Shown here piece after piece: positions 1 to 14,183 of a stretch of 64,000 nucleotides of DNA. The stretch's first letter is position 1; every line of letters begins with the position of its first letter. The stretch comes from Octopus bimaculoides (taxonomy: Eukaryota). The stretch lies in assembly GCF_001194135.2 (NCBI RefSeq), contig NC_068998.1, positions 12,850,831 to 12,914,830 on the forward strand, read 5' to 3'. The translations under genes were made by a program, and so were the position numbers. A model generated the notes under the pieces. The model was given only the letters and a program-made list of their open reading frames with translations, had not been told where the DNA came from and made no database searches.

Positions 1-57
1 CTTCATTTGTATTTATACTTATATCATTTGTTGCCCGTTTTTTGCATTTATTTCCAG

Positions 58-189
58 GATCCATCATGTTTGCAAGTTGGCTCTGGGGCTACATTACTTA
101 AAAAATTTAATTCCATGCCTAATACATTAAGAAGGTTTGCTAGTCGAAGTACTTTGTTCAATATGAGTACAATAGATTACTCAGCTGAG
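58..189 (+). CDS. Candidate FER linker exon (phase 0-0, 44 codons, DPSCLQVG...TIDYSAE)
   Basis: Strong acceptor ttttttgcatttatttccag|GAT, donor GAG|gtaggt, stop-free. No recognisable domain, so assignment to FER is by position and phase only. Confidence 0.5.
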
Positions 190-1444
190 GTAGGTACTGG
201 AAATGGAGGCAACTTGCATGATATCCTCAATTAGAATTACGTTCTGAGAAGCCTGCCTCTTTTAATATCTTTCGTCTGCCAAGCGAATGGTAGGGAATCT
301 CAATTTGAAATATTAACTGCTTACTGTTAATGGATTGTAGGTCAAAGCCAAAATGTGAATCTAACTGAATTTTTGAATAATTTTTAAATATACTTTGCTT
401 GAAGTTTATTTTGCAGAGGAAATTTTAAAAATTAAATAATAAATAAAAACTTGACAAAATATACCTTTGAATGTTTTTGGTGTTATGTAACCAACAATAT
501 TAACTGCAAGTAACTACAAGCTGAGAATTAAACGAATGGACTTGTTAAAATCAATTAATATCAATGATTTCGATGTGTTAACAGCTTTACTGGAGTTCTG
601 TAACAAGTTGAACACTATAACTCTCTATTGTTTCATTTCTTGTCTGTCTCTTCTGTGTGAAGACAGATTGCTAATAGTAACAACCTTTTCAAAAAGCAGC
701 TGCTCAATTCAGACTGCATATAGTTGTGCTGTCTTTTACACAGCCTCTAGCTGCTTTGCCTGAAATGGACTCTCAGTGAGGTTAAATTACTACTGATGTT
801 ATTTTCTGTTATTTGTTATTAGTGCTGCTAACTAACATCTTCATTCTTTATTTTTTAGTTACTTTCCAAAACTTTTTTTCAAATACAAACATTAACATGT
901 GAGTCTTTAAGTAATTAAGAAATCAGATTATCCGCAGACAGGTATTTTTCAAAACTGGAGCGATATCTTAGCAAAAACCTTTCAGCTACATCTGATACGA
1001 CTCTAACGAAGCTTTGTAACTAGGCAGATCTGGCTGTGTCTTGTGGGTAAAAAGTTCACTTCTCAACCAATTTTCAACCCCGTGGATCTGCGTTTGGTCC
1101 CATTGTGCAGCATCTTAGGCAAATACGTTCTGTTGTAATCACAGATTGGCCACTGCCTTGTGGGTGAAACTTGGAGAAACTATGGAAGCCCACTTATTGA
1201 CACACACGTTAATTGAAATGGAATGCACGACAAAATTACTATATTGGTTGCAGCTCTTGATAGTATCCATGTTAAACTCCTGCTGCTACATGACCCAGTA
1301 AGGTTCAGTGCAACCATTATAAGGCTGTTATATGATATGAATAACACATGTAGTATGAGAGAAAACCATGAGGTATGAAGTTGGTATTTCTTGTAGAAAT
1401 ATATATATATATATATATATATATAGCAGCACACCTGCTTCTGC

Positions 1445-2005
1445 CCTCATTCTTGACCGCTCTCTCTCCCTCTCCCTCTCTTGCTTTTCCCTCTAGCTGG
1501 GTGACCAAGTATCTGCTTTACTTCAGCCCACTTGTTTTTGTTATATTCTAACCGTTCATCATCTAACACAAGATTACCTCCTCCGAGCCCCCTGCCTCTA
1601 TAGCAAAACACCTGTTTCTGCTTCCCTGTCCTTTCTGCCAGGTTCTTATCTTTCATCATCTGATACAAGATCCCCTCCTCCAATGCCCACTCTCCTCTCA
1701 AAATTCCTTGTCTTGCAAGTTACTTGGTGACCCTGCCAGTGCTGGTGTCTCATAAAAAGCATCCAGTCCACACTGTTAAGTGGTTGGCATTTGGAACGGC
1801 CTCCAGCTGTAAAAGCCATGCCAAAACTGACATTGCCTGGGCTGGTGCTATGTAAAAAACATTCAGCCCACTCTGCAGAATGGTTGGTGTTAGAAGGACA
1901 TCCAGCTGTAAAAGCCATGCCAAAACAGACTGGCGTTGTCTTCTGTCTGGTTGGCTCCTGTTAAACTGTCCATAGAAGATGGATGTTAAATGATAATAAT
2001 GATGG
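1445..2005. mobile_element. Composite dispersed repeat: LINE-3'-end-like segment plus family C tail with a ~107-bp internal duplication
   Basis: ccagctgtaaaagccatgccaaaac occurs twice (1803, 1903); the family C motif recurs at 21.6, 22.5 and 27.9 kb. Confidence 0.55.
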
Positions 2006-4365
2006 GTAATTCGTGTTTGCTTCACTGAATGGTAATTTTATCTGAAGTGTATATCAGCGATAATTATAACGGTAGAGCATATGGAGACTGGCACATCCTC
2101 AAAATTTATTTACTTTTATTATACAATGTCATACAGCATTTTGAGGATGTACCAGTCTCCGTATTCTTTGTCATTATAATTATTGCTAATATACACTCCA
2201 GATAATATAACGATTCAGCGAAGCAAACATGGAATTACCCATCGGAAGAATTTACAGCGTGAGTGACAACTCATAATAGTCATAGATGTTTAATACTAAT
2301 CAGTGCAGTTAGCCGTAATCTGGAACTTGACAGAGAGCTACTACAGTATCCGCTCAGATAATATATCCCTCTAAACTCACACAGATGTATATATATTTGT
2401 GTGTATGTATAGTTTTTTATACCTTGTTGTATTTGTTCTGCTTGAGTTACACAAAAGCTCCCATGTCACACATGCTGTCATAAATACAGTGAATCTATGA
2501 TTAGCCTGTTAGAAAATGTAACCAGCACTGCTATTGTTCACATATTGTGATAGAAATATAAATAAAAAACCTTAGCCATCATTGCTTGGGCTTGTAAACA
2601 ATCAGTCAAAACTATTCTAGTGCCATTTGTATGTCCAACATTCTGGATAGGAAAACGTGAAATTGAAAACAGTTTATTTATTTATTTATTCGATGAGTCA
2701 CTACTGTTCGATCTTTATTGTAGCCATACAATGCTAAAATTTAGAATTTCACATATGCGGTTCTCTTTTTTAACCCTTTTATTACTATATCCCGGTTGAA
2801 ATTCTATATATTGAATAAAATATGAAAATAATTGAGGAACATATCTCTGAAAAGATTGAATAACTATATAGAAACTAATGTGCAACCAAAGAATAGTTGT
2901 AAATTCTTGGTTTCTCTTGCATATCCAGAAGCAGATAGCATTTTACTGAGTTTTTTTTTTTTTTTTCCAGAATTTTCTTGTCTTTAATTTTCATTTTCTA
3001 TCTTTTTTCCACTCTTTCTCTCTCTCCTTCAGCAGCTCAATTTTTAGGGAATTACTGGAATGGTGCATCAATTTATTTATCGTATTTTAACTTGTATAAG
3101 GAACCCTTTTTTGTCAAAAATTAGGTTAAAAAAATATGGGAGTTTCTTATACATAGATAGTATTATAATCCCTTACAAAACCTTTTTTCCCAATTTTAAA
3201 CCCCAATAATTAGGGGGTTTCTTATACATGTTAAAATATGGTAATTTTTATTCTTTCTGCCACAGAAAATTTCATGCTATAACCGTTTTCTGAAAAAGAA
3301 AGCATTGTCTGCAAGTATGCATGTAAATCATTTTTTAGATGAGGGTTTTGTCTCTTCCGAAATACTGCACGAAGCTGCAGTTGATTCACTACAACAATAT
3401 TGCTGTTGCATTTGATAATATTTATTTTTTTCAGCTATAATCTCTATTTTGCATTATTAGGTCATCAAGTGTGTATCTGATGTACATAGCATGTATTGCG
3501 TAGTTTAACAATTTTTGTACTAATACATTAACAAGTGTGTATGTGTGTCTGTGTGACTGTTGTATGGATGCAGCATGGCCACATAGTTCAAATTTTGCTT
3601 CATAATCAAGTGCCTTTATCACAAAAAAAAAAAAATGGAGAATGCCCTGAGTTTTCATTTGCTTAGAAATGTAGGGATATGAAGAGAGAGAGAGGTGGTT
3701 CAATTCTTAGTAGTGCTAATTTAGCTTTTTGTGTTCCATTGTGTGTTTGTGTATGTGTGTGTACATGTGTGTGCATTCACGCGTGCGCACACACACGCAC
3801 ACACACAAGACCTGTGGGAAAAAAATCCCTGACTTGAAAACAAGTTAGATGTTGGCAACTTCAAAATCAATTCTCATCCAAATCATACTAGGATGGAAAA
3901 AATGAATGTTAAAATGTTAAATGGGTAAAAAAAAAACCAGGTCACACACATAAACAAACACACAAAGAACACAGAACAACTTCAAAGTGCTCAATACACA
4001 CTTATGTTACTGAGTGTAGATTCTAACATGTGGATGTATAGCTGACTAAACCATGGAATCCAAATCAAAATGTCTTGCTAGTTTTCAGTAGTTCAGTAGT
4101 ATCATTTAAATATTCCTAAATTTTAGTTAGAATGAGTGTCTAATAGTGCAATGTATTTTGTTGGGTGCTTTTTTTTTTAATTTTGGTTTTTTATATAATT
4201 TATTCAGAAAATGAATAGCAACATCCATGACATTTTTCTGGGTTTTACTTCTCTGCCCAATTCTGTTGTTATGATAATGGTCTTAGCTCTTCAGAACTAA
4301 CTCCCTGAAATGGCCCATCCATTTCTCTTCCATTTACCACCCCTACTGTGTCTTATTCTTTAGAC

Positions 4366-4709
4366 CAGTGGTTCTCAACAGGTGTTCATATTGCCATATG
4401 GGTCTCAACCGGGGTCCATGTAACAAAATAGTAAATTAGGGATCCATAATAGAATTTGAAGGGCTCCTGAAAAAATTTTGCTTTAGATGTATGCATTGGT
4501 ATATGTTACAAGAAACAACTAGGTTTCTTTCTCTAACATTTTATGTAGTTCAACCTACACAAGTGAATGTGAGAAAAACAAAATAGGAATTTTGAAAGAA
4601 GTTTCTGTAAAACTAGTTTTGAAACATTGACTGGCTATGAGGTTTCACCAGAATAAAATAGTAATCAAAGGGGCCCTTAGATAAATAAAAAAATGGTTGA
4701 GAACCCCTG
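4366..4709. mobile_element. Non-autonomous hAT (Charlie-like) MITE, 344 bp
   Basis: 14-bp TIRs cagtggttctcaac / gttgagaacccctg (1 mismatch); 8-bp TSD ctttagac / ctctagac, matching the NTCTAGAN-type target. Confidence 0.85.
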
Positions 4710-5385
4710 CTCTAGACCCTGCACTGTACATTTCTTTAACTCCTTTTTAATAGCTTAGTTAGTGGAGAAAGGGCAATGTCGATGATCCTGGTGAGAACAA
4801 GGAAGGACATTATCCTTAGACTGGAAACCTACCTTGAATACCTGCAACAATCATTCAGGGAATTAAAGCAGGTGACAGATGAAGTCTATTGTCCTAAAAC
4901 AAGAATCGTCCTACTGACAGGCCTCCACATGCTTTATGGTTATAAAATTTGCCCTACAAAACTGTGGTTGCCTTGATGCTATGCTAGAAGGCATTTGTCC
5001 AAATTGTGGCATCATGAGATTGAATTTTAAACCATGCACTTGTGGAGAGCAAACTTCGTAACTCCACAGCAGTGTTTGCACTCGATAATATCTGCCTGGA
5101 TTGCAATGTATTCTGCCCTATTTGTTTACAGTGATCAAAATTTTGTGTGATATAAACTCACTTCCTCCATCAAATTAACATTGCCTGAACAGGTGTATGC
5201 TGTACCACTTGTCAGATGTTGAAGTGATTTAAAAGTGGCATGAGATGAAGTGAGATGAACTTTTGACAGAAGTTCAAATTGAAACATAACCACATCAGTC
5301 TCCAGAAGACTTAATATTATTATTTAAATATTTTTAATGTAAGAAATCTTCTTCTTCTTCATCATCATCATCATCATAATAAATT

Positions 5386-6495
5386 GTAAGGTGGTGAGCT
5401 GGCAGAATCATTAGCACTCTGGGAAAAATGCTTAGCAGCATTTCATCTGTCCTTATGTTGTGCATTCAAATTCCACTGTGGTTGACTTTGCCTTTCATCC
5501 TGCTGGAGTCGATAAAATAAGTACCAGTTGAACACTGGAGTCAATGTAAATGACTTACCCCTCCTCCCAAAATTACTGGCCTTGTACTAAAATTTCAAAC
5601 CATTATTATTATTATTATTATTATAAATTGTAAGGTTGCAAGCTAGCAGAATCATTAGCAGGCCAGGCAAAATACTTAGTGGCATTTCATCCAATTGTAC
5701 ATTCTGAGTTCCAATTCTGCCAAGGTTGACTTTGCCTTTCATCCTTCTGGGGTCAATAAAATAAGTACCGGTTGAGTTCTGGGGTTAATGTAATCAACTT
5801 ACCCCCTCCCCCGAAATTGCCTACCTTGTGCCAAAATTTGAAGCCATTATTATTTTAAATTGTAATGGGAGTATAGGGGATTGATCAAATTATAAGAATA
5901 GTGGACAACATGCCTTACAGTATTCATTCCGTCTCTTTCCTTTCTGGGTTCAGATTCTGCTGAGGTCAACTTTGACTTTAATTCTCTTGGGGTTAGTAAA
6001 ATATAATACCAATGAAATACTGGGGTAGATTTCATCAACTGGTCCCCTCTTCACAGTTTTCTGGACTTTTGCCTATGTTAGAAATAATTATTAATTGCAA
6101 AAGTAGGAGAATGCCAGATCAAATTTTTTTTGCGGTGGTTACTTGTCTTTTTATTATATGATTTCAAGTCTCAATGATGCTGACAATGTTCTTTTTTTGT
6201 CCCTATGGTAGTGATAAATAATATCAATCAAGTACTGGGAGAAATAATAATAATAATAATTATTATCATTATTATTGTTAAGGTGGCAAGCAGCCAGAAA
6301 CATTAGCACGCCGGACAAAATGCTACTAAGCATTTTGTCTGTCTTTACGTTCTGAGTTCAAATGCTGCCAAGGTCGACTTTGCCTTTCATCCTTTCACGG
6401 TTGATAAAATAAGTACCAGTTGAGCACTGGGGGTCAGTGTGCTAGGCTTACTCCCTCCTCTGAAATCCTGGCCTTGTGCCAAAATTTGAGACCAA
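5386..6495 (+). mobile_element. Cluster of tRNA-derived SINEs, family A (copies ~5386-5601, 5626-5845, 6277-6495 plus degenerate copies between)
   Basis: Head ggtgagctggcagaatc (A-box-like), gagttcaaat (B-box-like), shared body gactttgcctttcatcc...gataaaataagtaccagt; (ATT)n/(CAT)n spacers. Confidence 0.85.
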
Positions 6496-6822
6496 TATTT
6501 TTATTAGTATTGTTAACAATTTCTTTAATATATTCACTGATTGATATTTTTTATTTGTCATAATAATTATTTTAATTTAGACTCTTTTTCTAACCTTCAG
6601 AGATCATGAAATCCTTTCCATATATATTTCTTGTTTTTGCATTATGATTAATCATGCTTTTAACTTAACACAGCCTTCCAGGGTGACAAAAAAAAAAAAA
6701 GAAAGAAAAGCCAAATACTATTTTTAGTATGTTGAATGCTTATTCAAAAATCAAGTGAGAAAGTCTATTCTATAGATTCCTTTTTAAATGAAAGCTTAAT
6801 TTCGCTGCTCTCACATGTTCAG

Positions 6823-7026
6823 GATGGCACTTCAATGGTATCAGCAAGTTCTTCACAAACAAAAGCCAGATGGAATATAACAAATATTTTCAAAAGTCTT
6901 GGTAGTAACGTGATTTCCACACCATCTCCAGACAACACTGAGAGCAAACAAAACCAAAACCAAAACCAGAAACAGAACTATGAAGAACAGTTTGATGTTA
7001 AGGGTGTTGAAGAATACAATGGAGAG
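6823..7026 (+). CDS. Candidate FER linker exon (phase 0-0, 68 codons, DGTSMVSA...EEYNGE)
   Basis: Acceptor tctcacatgttcag|GAT, donor GAG|gtgaga, stop-free S/T/N/Q-rich frame inside ORF 6736-7131. Confidence 0.55.
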
Positions 7027-7559
7027 GTGAGATTTCTATTTAAAACCAAACCTTTTAGAACTAGCTTTTATTGTCTGTCACATCACAATTGTTTCCATTT
7101 TTGGTTGTTTCTTCTATTTATTTCAATTTAATTATTTTAAAATTATTTCTTTATATATTAGTTATTCTCTCATTAATGTCAAGTTCATGAGGATCCAGTA
7201 TTTTGGCCTTTGTTTTTGTTTTTGATTGGAGCCATTTTATTTCATTTACACTGTTATGAAGATTTCTTGAGAAAAGACTTAAATGTCTCAATCATTTTTC
7301 GGTGGGGGTGGGGGAATCTCCAGTTTTGGATCCATTTGAGAATGTAATGATTTCTTTTACATATAAAGGTTTCTTTTTTTTTCTGTTCTAAACACGCATG
7401 AAACTATAATGAGTTTATCTGAAAACATATATTTGGTTTAAAAAATTAATTATAATTAATTATGTGTTTAAGAACAGTGTTTTAAGCAAATGTCTTGTCT
7501 GAGTCAAATAAAGATGCAGTCTTTATTTATTAAGCTGTGACACCTGATATTCTTGTTTA

Positions 7560-8575
7560 GCTTTAGATCAGCTATGATTGAATAGACCTGTAATCAAAGG
7601 CATTCCAGACATGACCATTTTGTCTTTCTAGATGTTTCCAGGATTACATAATTTGATTATCCTTTCCAGAATATGATTTGAGGCAGATATGGCTACTATT
7701 TCTAATAGGTTGACTATGTACAAACACTCTTGTTGTTGGCTCATAAGGTGTGTTTGGAGTTCATCGTTGTTATCATCAAATTATATCATAACAAGGAACT
7801 TTGCATTGTAAGAGTCTGTTGCCAAAGAATGCAGAAAGGTTGTACCCTCACTTTTGACTTTTATGTATAGTGAATAGCTTTAGATATCTTTCCAGTTACT
7901 GTCCACATAATACCTCTTATAAGCTGTATCACAAACCAACACTGAAGGGTGTATTTGTTCACTTTGAATAAATTGAAGCCAAATCTCCCTCAAATCACAC
8001 AATTACTTACTTAAGCTCTTCTCTTTGCTCTTTATGGAGCATAGGCTTTCTATGACTTTCCCCCACTATTCTCAACTCTGAGTTGTCAGGGCCACTCATT
8101 CAGTGTGGACAAGGGTTACCATATTTTCCATGAGGGAAGGCCTTTCTCTCCCAGGTCTTGTTGGTTTTGAATTGTAATCAATGGTTCTGTAATCTGGCTT
8201 TTTTTTTGTCTAGGTGGGGTTGATGGCCTTATTACAAACCTTTTTTTACCTTTGGGAAAAGATGATCCCTATAAGTCTGGCCTCTAATCCTTTGATTTGT
8301 CTAGCATAGAAGGCCCTACTAGGAACTTGTGATTTGTTGGCATAGCTCTCAGAGTGACTGAGGAACATAAGCCACCACACTGCAACAAGAACTAAACCTT
8401 GTGGTGGCAAATCATATCATACTGTCTTTAAAAAAATAGAAGTGGCAAGGGGGCACAACACATTTGATAATATAATCCTAGATATACTATGTCTCAGAAA
8501 AAAACAAACTAGATGGTCATGACTGGAATGCCTTTGGTCATCAGATTTTGCAATTAGGACTGACCTATTAAACAG
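7560..8575. mobile_element. Dispersed repeat family E fragments in both orientations (7560-7720 -, 8400-8575 +; another at 31940-32075 -), with an RTE-5'-UTR-like segment between
   Basis: Shared ggtcatgactggaatgcctttg / caaaggcattccagacatgacc and aaatctccctcaaatcacac motifs. Confidence 0.55.
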
Positions 8576-9130
8576 AAACAGTCTGTATCAAGTTGACATT
8601 TGTAAGCTGTGTATAATAATTTTCCATCTCTTACTAGTATCTGTTAATGTAGTAGTCATTGACTGTATCTATCTATCTATCTATTCAATCAATGTCTGTG
8701 AGTCTTTCCTATCCAATTGATGGCATCAAGACTGTGGTTATCAGGAGAATTCCTGTCAGTTTGAAGAAGGAATTTGAATTGCAGTCATTTTGAAACATAT
8801 TTATTCATTAGTTCCAAGATCTGCCAACTTAAGTATCTTCAGAACTCTGGTTTAAAAAAATTTTTTTTTTTTAAATCCTAAATACTATATTATAAATACA
8901 TACATACATATATATATATATATATCTGTCTATGTATATCTACATGCATTCGTATGTGTAAAAAGATGCATAAACAATTCTGTATCCCCTTTTTTTTGTA
9001 TTCCTTGCAAAGTCATTCCCTTTTTATATTCCCATTTTGCTCAGATGCAACTATTTAAGAATACTTATCTCATCAAGTTAACAAGAGTTGTAACAAACAC
9101 GCATTAAACACACACACACACACACATACA

Positions 9131-9161
<31 letters not shown>

Positions 9162-11089
9162 GAAGAGGCTCTGCTTTCTAACTGCACATGTTTAGTGATG
9201 AAAATGATGAAGAGGCCCACTCATTAAGCTCATGTCACAGACATAATAGAATACCACCTAAACCTAAATGTTGTAACTTATGAATCAGTTGTAGAATTGG
9301 GTTTTATATTACACTGCACACAAAGTATTTGATGACCTGACAACCATTACCAATGTATTATATTTAAGGAGGGAGTTGGAGAAGGCACATAATTGAATTT
9401 CCAGATTTAAATCTATTAAAAAAAAAATGTCAGAGACACTGAACATTAATTGCTATTTTTTGTTTGTTTTTATTTTTATTCACTTTCTTTTTTTTATCTT
9501 ATCTTCTTCACTATTACATTGTTATAGTGCATCATCTGTCGTTTGACTCAAGAATGATGCCTCTCGGTGGTTTATTGTTGTTATTGTTGCACTGCAACTA
9601 TATATGTGATTATTGTTATTTTTGCTTCGCTGCCAATGTGGTGTTTTTCTTTTTTTTTCCCCCGTTTTTTTTTGTTTTTTTTTGTACTACATCAGATTTA
9701 GCAACTGGGTTGTTTTTTTTTTTTTTNNNNNNNNNNTTTTTTTTTTTTTGTTTTTTTTTTCAGGTCACACACATAGTCTAAGTGTGGAGTCATATTGTTT
9801 GTTTAGTTAGAAAGAACAATTTTGGCATTTGATATAGTTTTACCCCTTTTTTTTTTCCTCCCCATCTCTCATTCTCTCCATCTCATCTGAAGGAGATTTT
9901 CCTAGTATTTCCTAATTTTAAGACAATAATGATGAGAGATGAAAAAGAAATTAAAAATTTTTTTTAATATTTTGTGGGAAAATGTCTTTGAGCCATTGTT
10001 AGAACAGAAGTGTTGACTTAATAAATGGAATGGATTTTTAAAAATATTATATTATGGAAGCTTTTTTTTTTTTGTTTCTTTGTTTTATTGGATTAGGGTT
10101 AGATTTTAATCTGATGATTAAAATTTGATTTTTGTTCCTATTTGTTTCAAAGGATTTTGTTATTTTACCTTTCCCTCTCACTCATTAATCGAGTTAATTC
10201 GATAAAGAGTTAAGTCTTTTCAAATCTTGCGTGAAATGTATGGTGGAAATTTTAGAGTGAGTGATAGAAATTCCTTGTAAGCTTACAGCTTTGTTGGAAG
10301 TGTTCACTGTAAAGTCTTGTTAATAAATAAACAAGGTGTCATATATATGATACTTTGTGGAATTAATGTTGTTCTTTCTCTCTTTAAACTCATGATTCTC
10401 ATTCTCTCTCTCTCTTTCTCTTTCTCTCTCGCTCTCTCTGTGTTGAAATCTTGACCTTCTCAACAACTGCACATGTGATTGATTGTTGCAGCATGAATAT
10501 AAACTTGCATGGAATTCATTTCCGAAGCATGTGTTCACTTCAGCATTGTGCTTGCATGTTTTCGTTCAAATTCTAATTGAAAATAATAATCTTTAATACA
10601 TTCTTTTCTCTTTGTTTCATTTGAATTTTTTTTTTCTTTTCCTTTTAAATTTCTATAGGCAGTTTAGCTGCAATTCTTTTTTTTTTCTGTAAAAACAAAT
10701 TTCAGTTTTAGCATTTGCCTAAATCTTTATTTCTTACTGGCAAATTTGTATTCTTACTTTACTTTAATTTCTTTTTATTTTATTTTCTATATCTTGTATT
10801 CATTCATATGCTTTCTTTATAGTCTCTTTCTCTCTGAAATTCTTTCCTTGAATCTTTTCTTTTGCCACATTCACACATACACAGACATGTACATAACAAA
10901 GACAAGATTAATACATAACTCACACATACATTCTTCATCTTAAGAAACGGTAATTGAAATGCATCTCATAGTGCTGCACCAGAAATCTTTTCCCCATTAG
11001 TTTTGTTAGATCCTTAATTTCACAGTGTGTGTCTTTGCCAATAACATCAATACAGAAGTTTCCAAAATTTAACATTTGATATAGCGTAT

Positions 11090-11700
11090 TGTTAAGTATG
11101 ATACTAGTGGCCAGCAAAGCCTATCCTGTTTTCAGCAACAATAGTAGAGGTAGAAATAATGTATCCATAAATCTCTCTGGTCTTGTGCTTATGTCATGAG
11201 ATGTTTTTAAGCCATCATGAGAAGCATTGTATATGTACCATGAAAGTGATCAGGAAGCTTTTTTCTGTCCAAGTTTCAGCTTCAGAGAGAAGAATGCTTC
11301 CTACATATGTTGGGAAGAAAGCAAATCTTGCTCACTTCGGAATACATATATTATTGTTAGATGGTTTGAAACTTGTTACAGGCTCTTCAGGTTGCTCCCC
11401 TGTGTATAAGACAATCTTTCTTACTGTCAACAACATAGGAGCCAAAGTATTTGAAATCACTAACTTCTCTGAGCTGTGTGCCTTCATTGCAACAGATTAG
11501 CAGGTGGCTTTCATCTTCAATGATGGTCATGTATTCAATTTTCTTTATATTGAGAGACAGACTGACTTTGGTTGCAGTATTCTCAAGGGAGGCTAGCATG
11601 TCTTATGCATCTGTAACTTCCTTGCTCTTCTGTCATCAGGTTAACAAAAGACCTGTTGTAACTTGACAAGCACTTGCCTCTGTGATTGATCTTGATCTCC
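11090..11700 (-). mobile_element. RTE-clade LINE RT C-terminal fragment, decayed
   Basis: LNIKKIEYM, EVSDFKYFGS, HGTYTMLL, RIGFAGH. Confidence 0.75.
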
Positions 11701-11986
11701 TCTCAGCTGGCAGTAAATGGGTTGTTTTATGTTATCAGCTCATTGTTTATGTGATCTTCTACACCAACGCATCCTCGGGATAGTACCAAGTATGATGGTT
11801 CATTAAGGGCTGTTGAGAGGCTGATGGTAAATATTGTTAAAATCTAATGTAAATATCAGATTTGTGGGTCATCCAGAGCATATCTTACAATGTTTCCAAA
11901 TACCATAGTGTTATATATTATAACATATTTTAATGATGTAATAAAAATTCCCTCTGATCACTGTGGTGATGATGACGACAACACCA

Positions 11987-11987
<1 letters not shown>

Positions 11988-12022
<35 letters not shown>

Positions 12023-12038
12023 GTGATGGTGATGGTGA
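11988..12038. repeat. (GAT)n/(GGT)n microsatellite
   Basis: Direct reading. Confidence 0.93.
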
Positions 12039-14116
12039 TAGTTTTGATGTGCACATGAAGCAAAAAAAATATTAGATGTAAAGAAATATTTAAATTTAAA
12101 TTTCAGTATTGTTTTTTTACCTTACATGATACTGCTGTTGCTACTGATGATGATGATTATATATAATAACATACTTTAAGTGTTTATAATAGAAACTTCC
12201 TCTGATCACAATGGTGGTAATGTTTATGTGCATAAGATACTCTACAAATATAAACTGTGAAGTAAATGTTTAATTTTTTTTTTTTTTAATGCTTGGCGTA
12301 GTCAGAGGAAGAAGGGCTGTGCTCATGGCCGTTTTTCAGGACCACTAGGGCTGGTGGGTTGGAAGAAAATTTTTTCTCTTTTCAGACCAGAGATCTAGGC
12401 CCAAATGCTTCCTACAGAATGCACTCTGTCAATGGCACTCAATGACCAAGTGGTGGTGTTAAACTGGGTGACAGATTAAGTCTAACACCTAAGAACATGA
12501 ACAGTCTCTTAAACAAGCTCACATAGTCTCTGTCTTAGAATAAAACTTTAAAACTTCTGAAACTAATTGTAAAAGCATAAATACATTTTATAAGCTATTG
12601 CTTCAGTATTTGCTAGAGCAGAAAAGAATTAGTTTAGCCTCATGACTATATGAAAGAAATAATAATAATCTTATAGTTATAGAGAATAAAATAACTTCCT
12701 AATGACACAGGGGGGAATCACAATTCTCAGTACCAGATGCAGGGGTCTCAGGTGGGTGTTCATTCCTTAAAGAGAGCAAATTGATTTCTGCATAAACCTG
12801 TAGCAGCTTACAAAAGAAGTAGTGGTGTTTATCTGTGATATATCCTGAATGTTGATGAGGTGTGAAAATAGGTGGTAGAAGCCATGTGGAAGGTGTTTAT
12901 TAGAATATATTAAAAAAAAAAATCTATTGTTACATGAGAACATTATGTAGACCATGAGAAATAATATTCCCAAATATCTATCCTGTTTCAGAATATCTTT
13001 GAAATTGGTAGAGAGCCAGTATGTTTATGGCACCTTGTTCCAATACCTCAGTGTTTTGAATTTAAATCTTGTCTGGGTTAATTACTTTTTATTATTTCCA
13101 GAGTTGTTTATAAAATGTGTATTAATAATACTAGCAATAAGCTAGTGTTAATTCAATTGAATAATTCTCCACCAACCCTTACAAAATTTGCCCTATAATA
13201 AAAAGAAATGATTATAGAAATGTACAATGAGCCTGTGCTATTTTCTTGGTGGCAATTGGAAAACTGAAGCAACAATAAAAATTGATTATTTTGTATTATA
13301 TATACAGGCACTAGAAATAGAAAAATAAATGTTAAAATAAACTATTAAAGGCTGGAATAAATAATTATGTGATCTATATATTTTACTAATTAAAGTTACC
13401 ATCGTCATCATCATCACCACCACCATCAGTGATATCATCATTTTTATATCCTCTCTTCTGTACTGTCATGGAATGGACAGGACATTTTGAAGCAATGGTT
13501 TTACAGCTAGCCATTCTTCCTGACAACAACCCTTTCAATCATCTCTTACAGCATGCAAGGGTATGGTGTACCTTATCTACTCAAAGTGTAAATTATAATA
13601 ACAACTTGTGGGGTGTGGTCACTAGCTTTAGTGTTTTCGGTGCAATTAACAAAACATTGTTCTCACACAAATATTGGAAACTATTTACCGAAAGTAAATG
13701 TCAGTTCCTTGAACAACAAAAAAATAGACCACACAAATCTAGAGAATGTTATTTCCGTAGGATTTGTTTTAGTTCACGATGCTGTTAATATAGAGATCTA
13801 CAGATTATGGTTGTTTAGTTATGAAAAAAAAGCTTATTGGTGTCAATATTATTCTCCTGATGAGTTTCAGTACAAATGTGTGTGTGTGTGTGTGTGTGTG
13901 TGATTAGTGGTGGAGTTGTTGATTTAATAACCTTCAGATTCTCCCACATAAAACTGCAGCGGTAGTAAGTCTAAGAATTCTTTGCTTTGCATTAAAATAT
14001 CTCCAAATGATTCAGGTTTTTCTCTGGGTGTGTCATTTTGGTAAAAGTTCAAGTTTGTATCAACAGACACATCTAGACTTAGGGAATTTAATGGAACCTG
14101 TATAGAGATATTTCTA

Positions 14117-14122
<6 letters not shown>

Positions 14123-14177
<55 letters not shown>
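14123..14177. repeat. (TA)n microsatellite
   Basis: Direct reading. Confidence 0.97.

Positions 14178-14183
<6 letters not shown>

Noticed and set aside
10236-10262. ATG...AGA|gtgagt (MYGGNFR) as an alternative first exon for a short FER isoform
   Set aside because: Only 7 codons plus a donor; expected by chance, with no promoter evidence.
13856-13880. CTGATGAGT..AC-AAAT hammerhead-like motif
   Set aside because: 2-bp stem II, no GAAA, no stems I/III.
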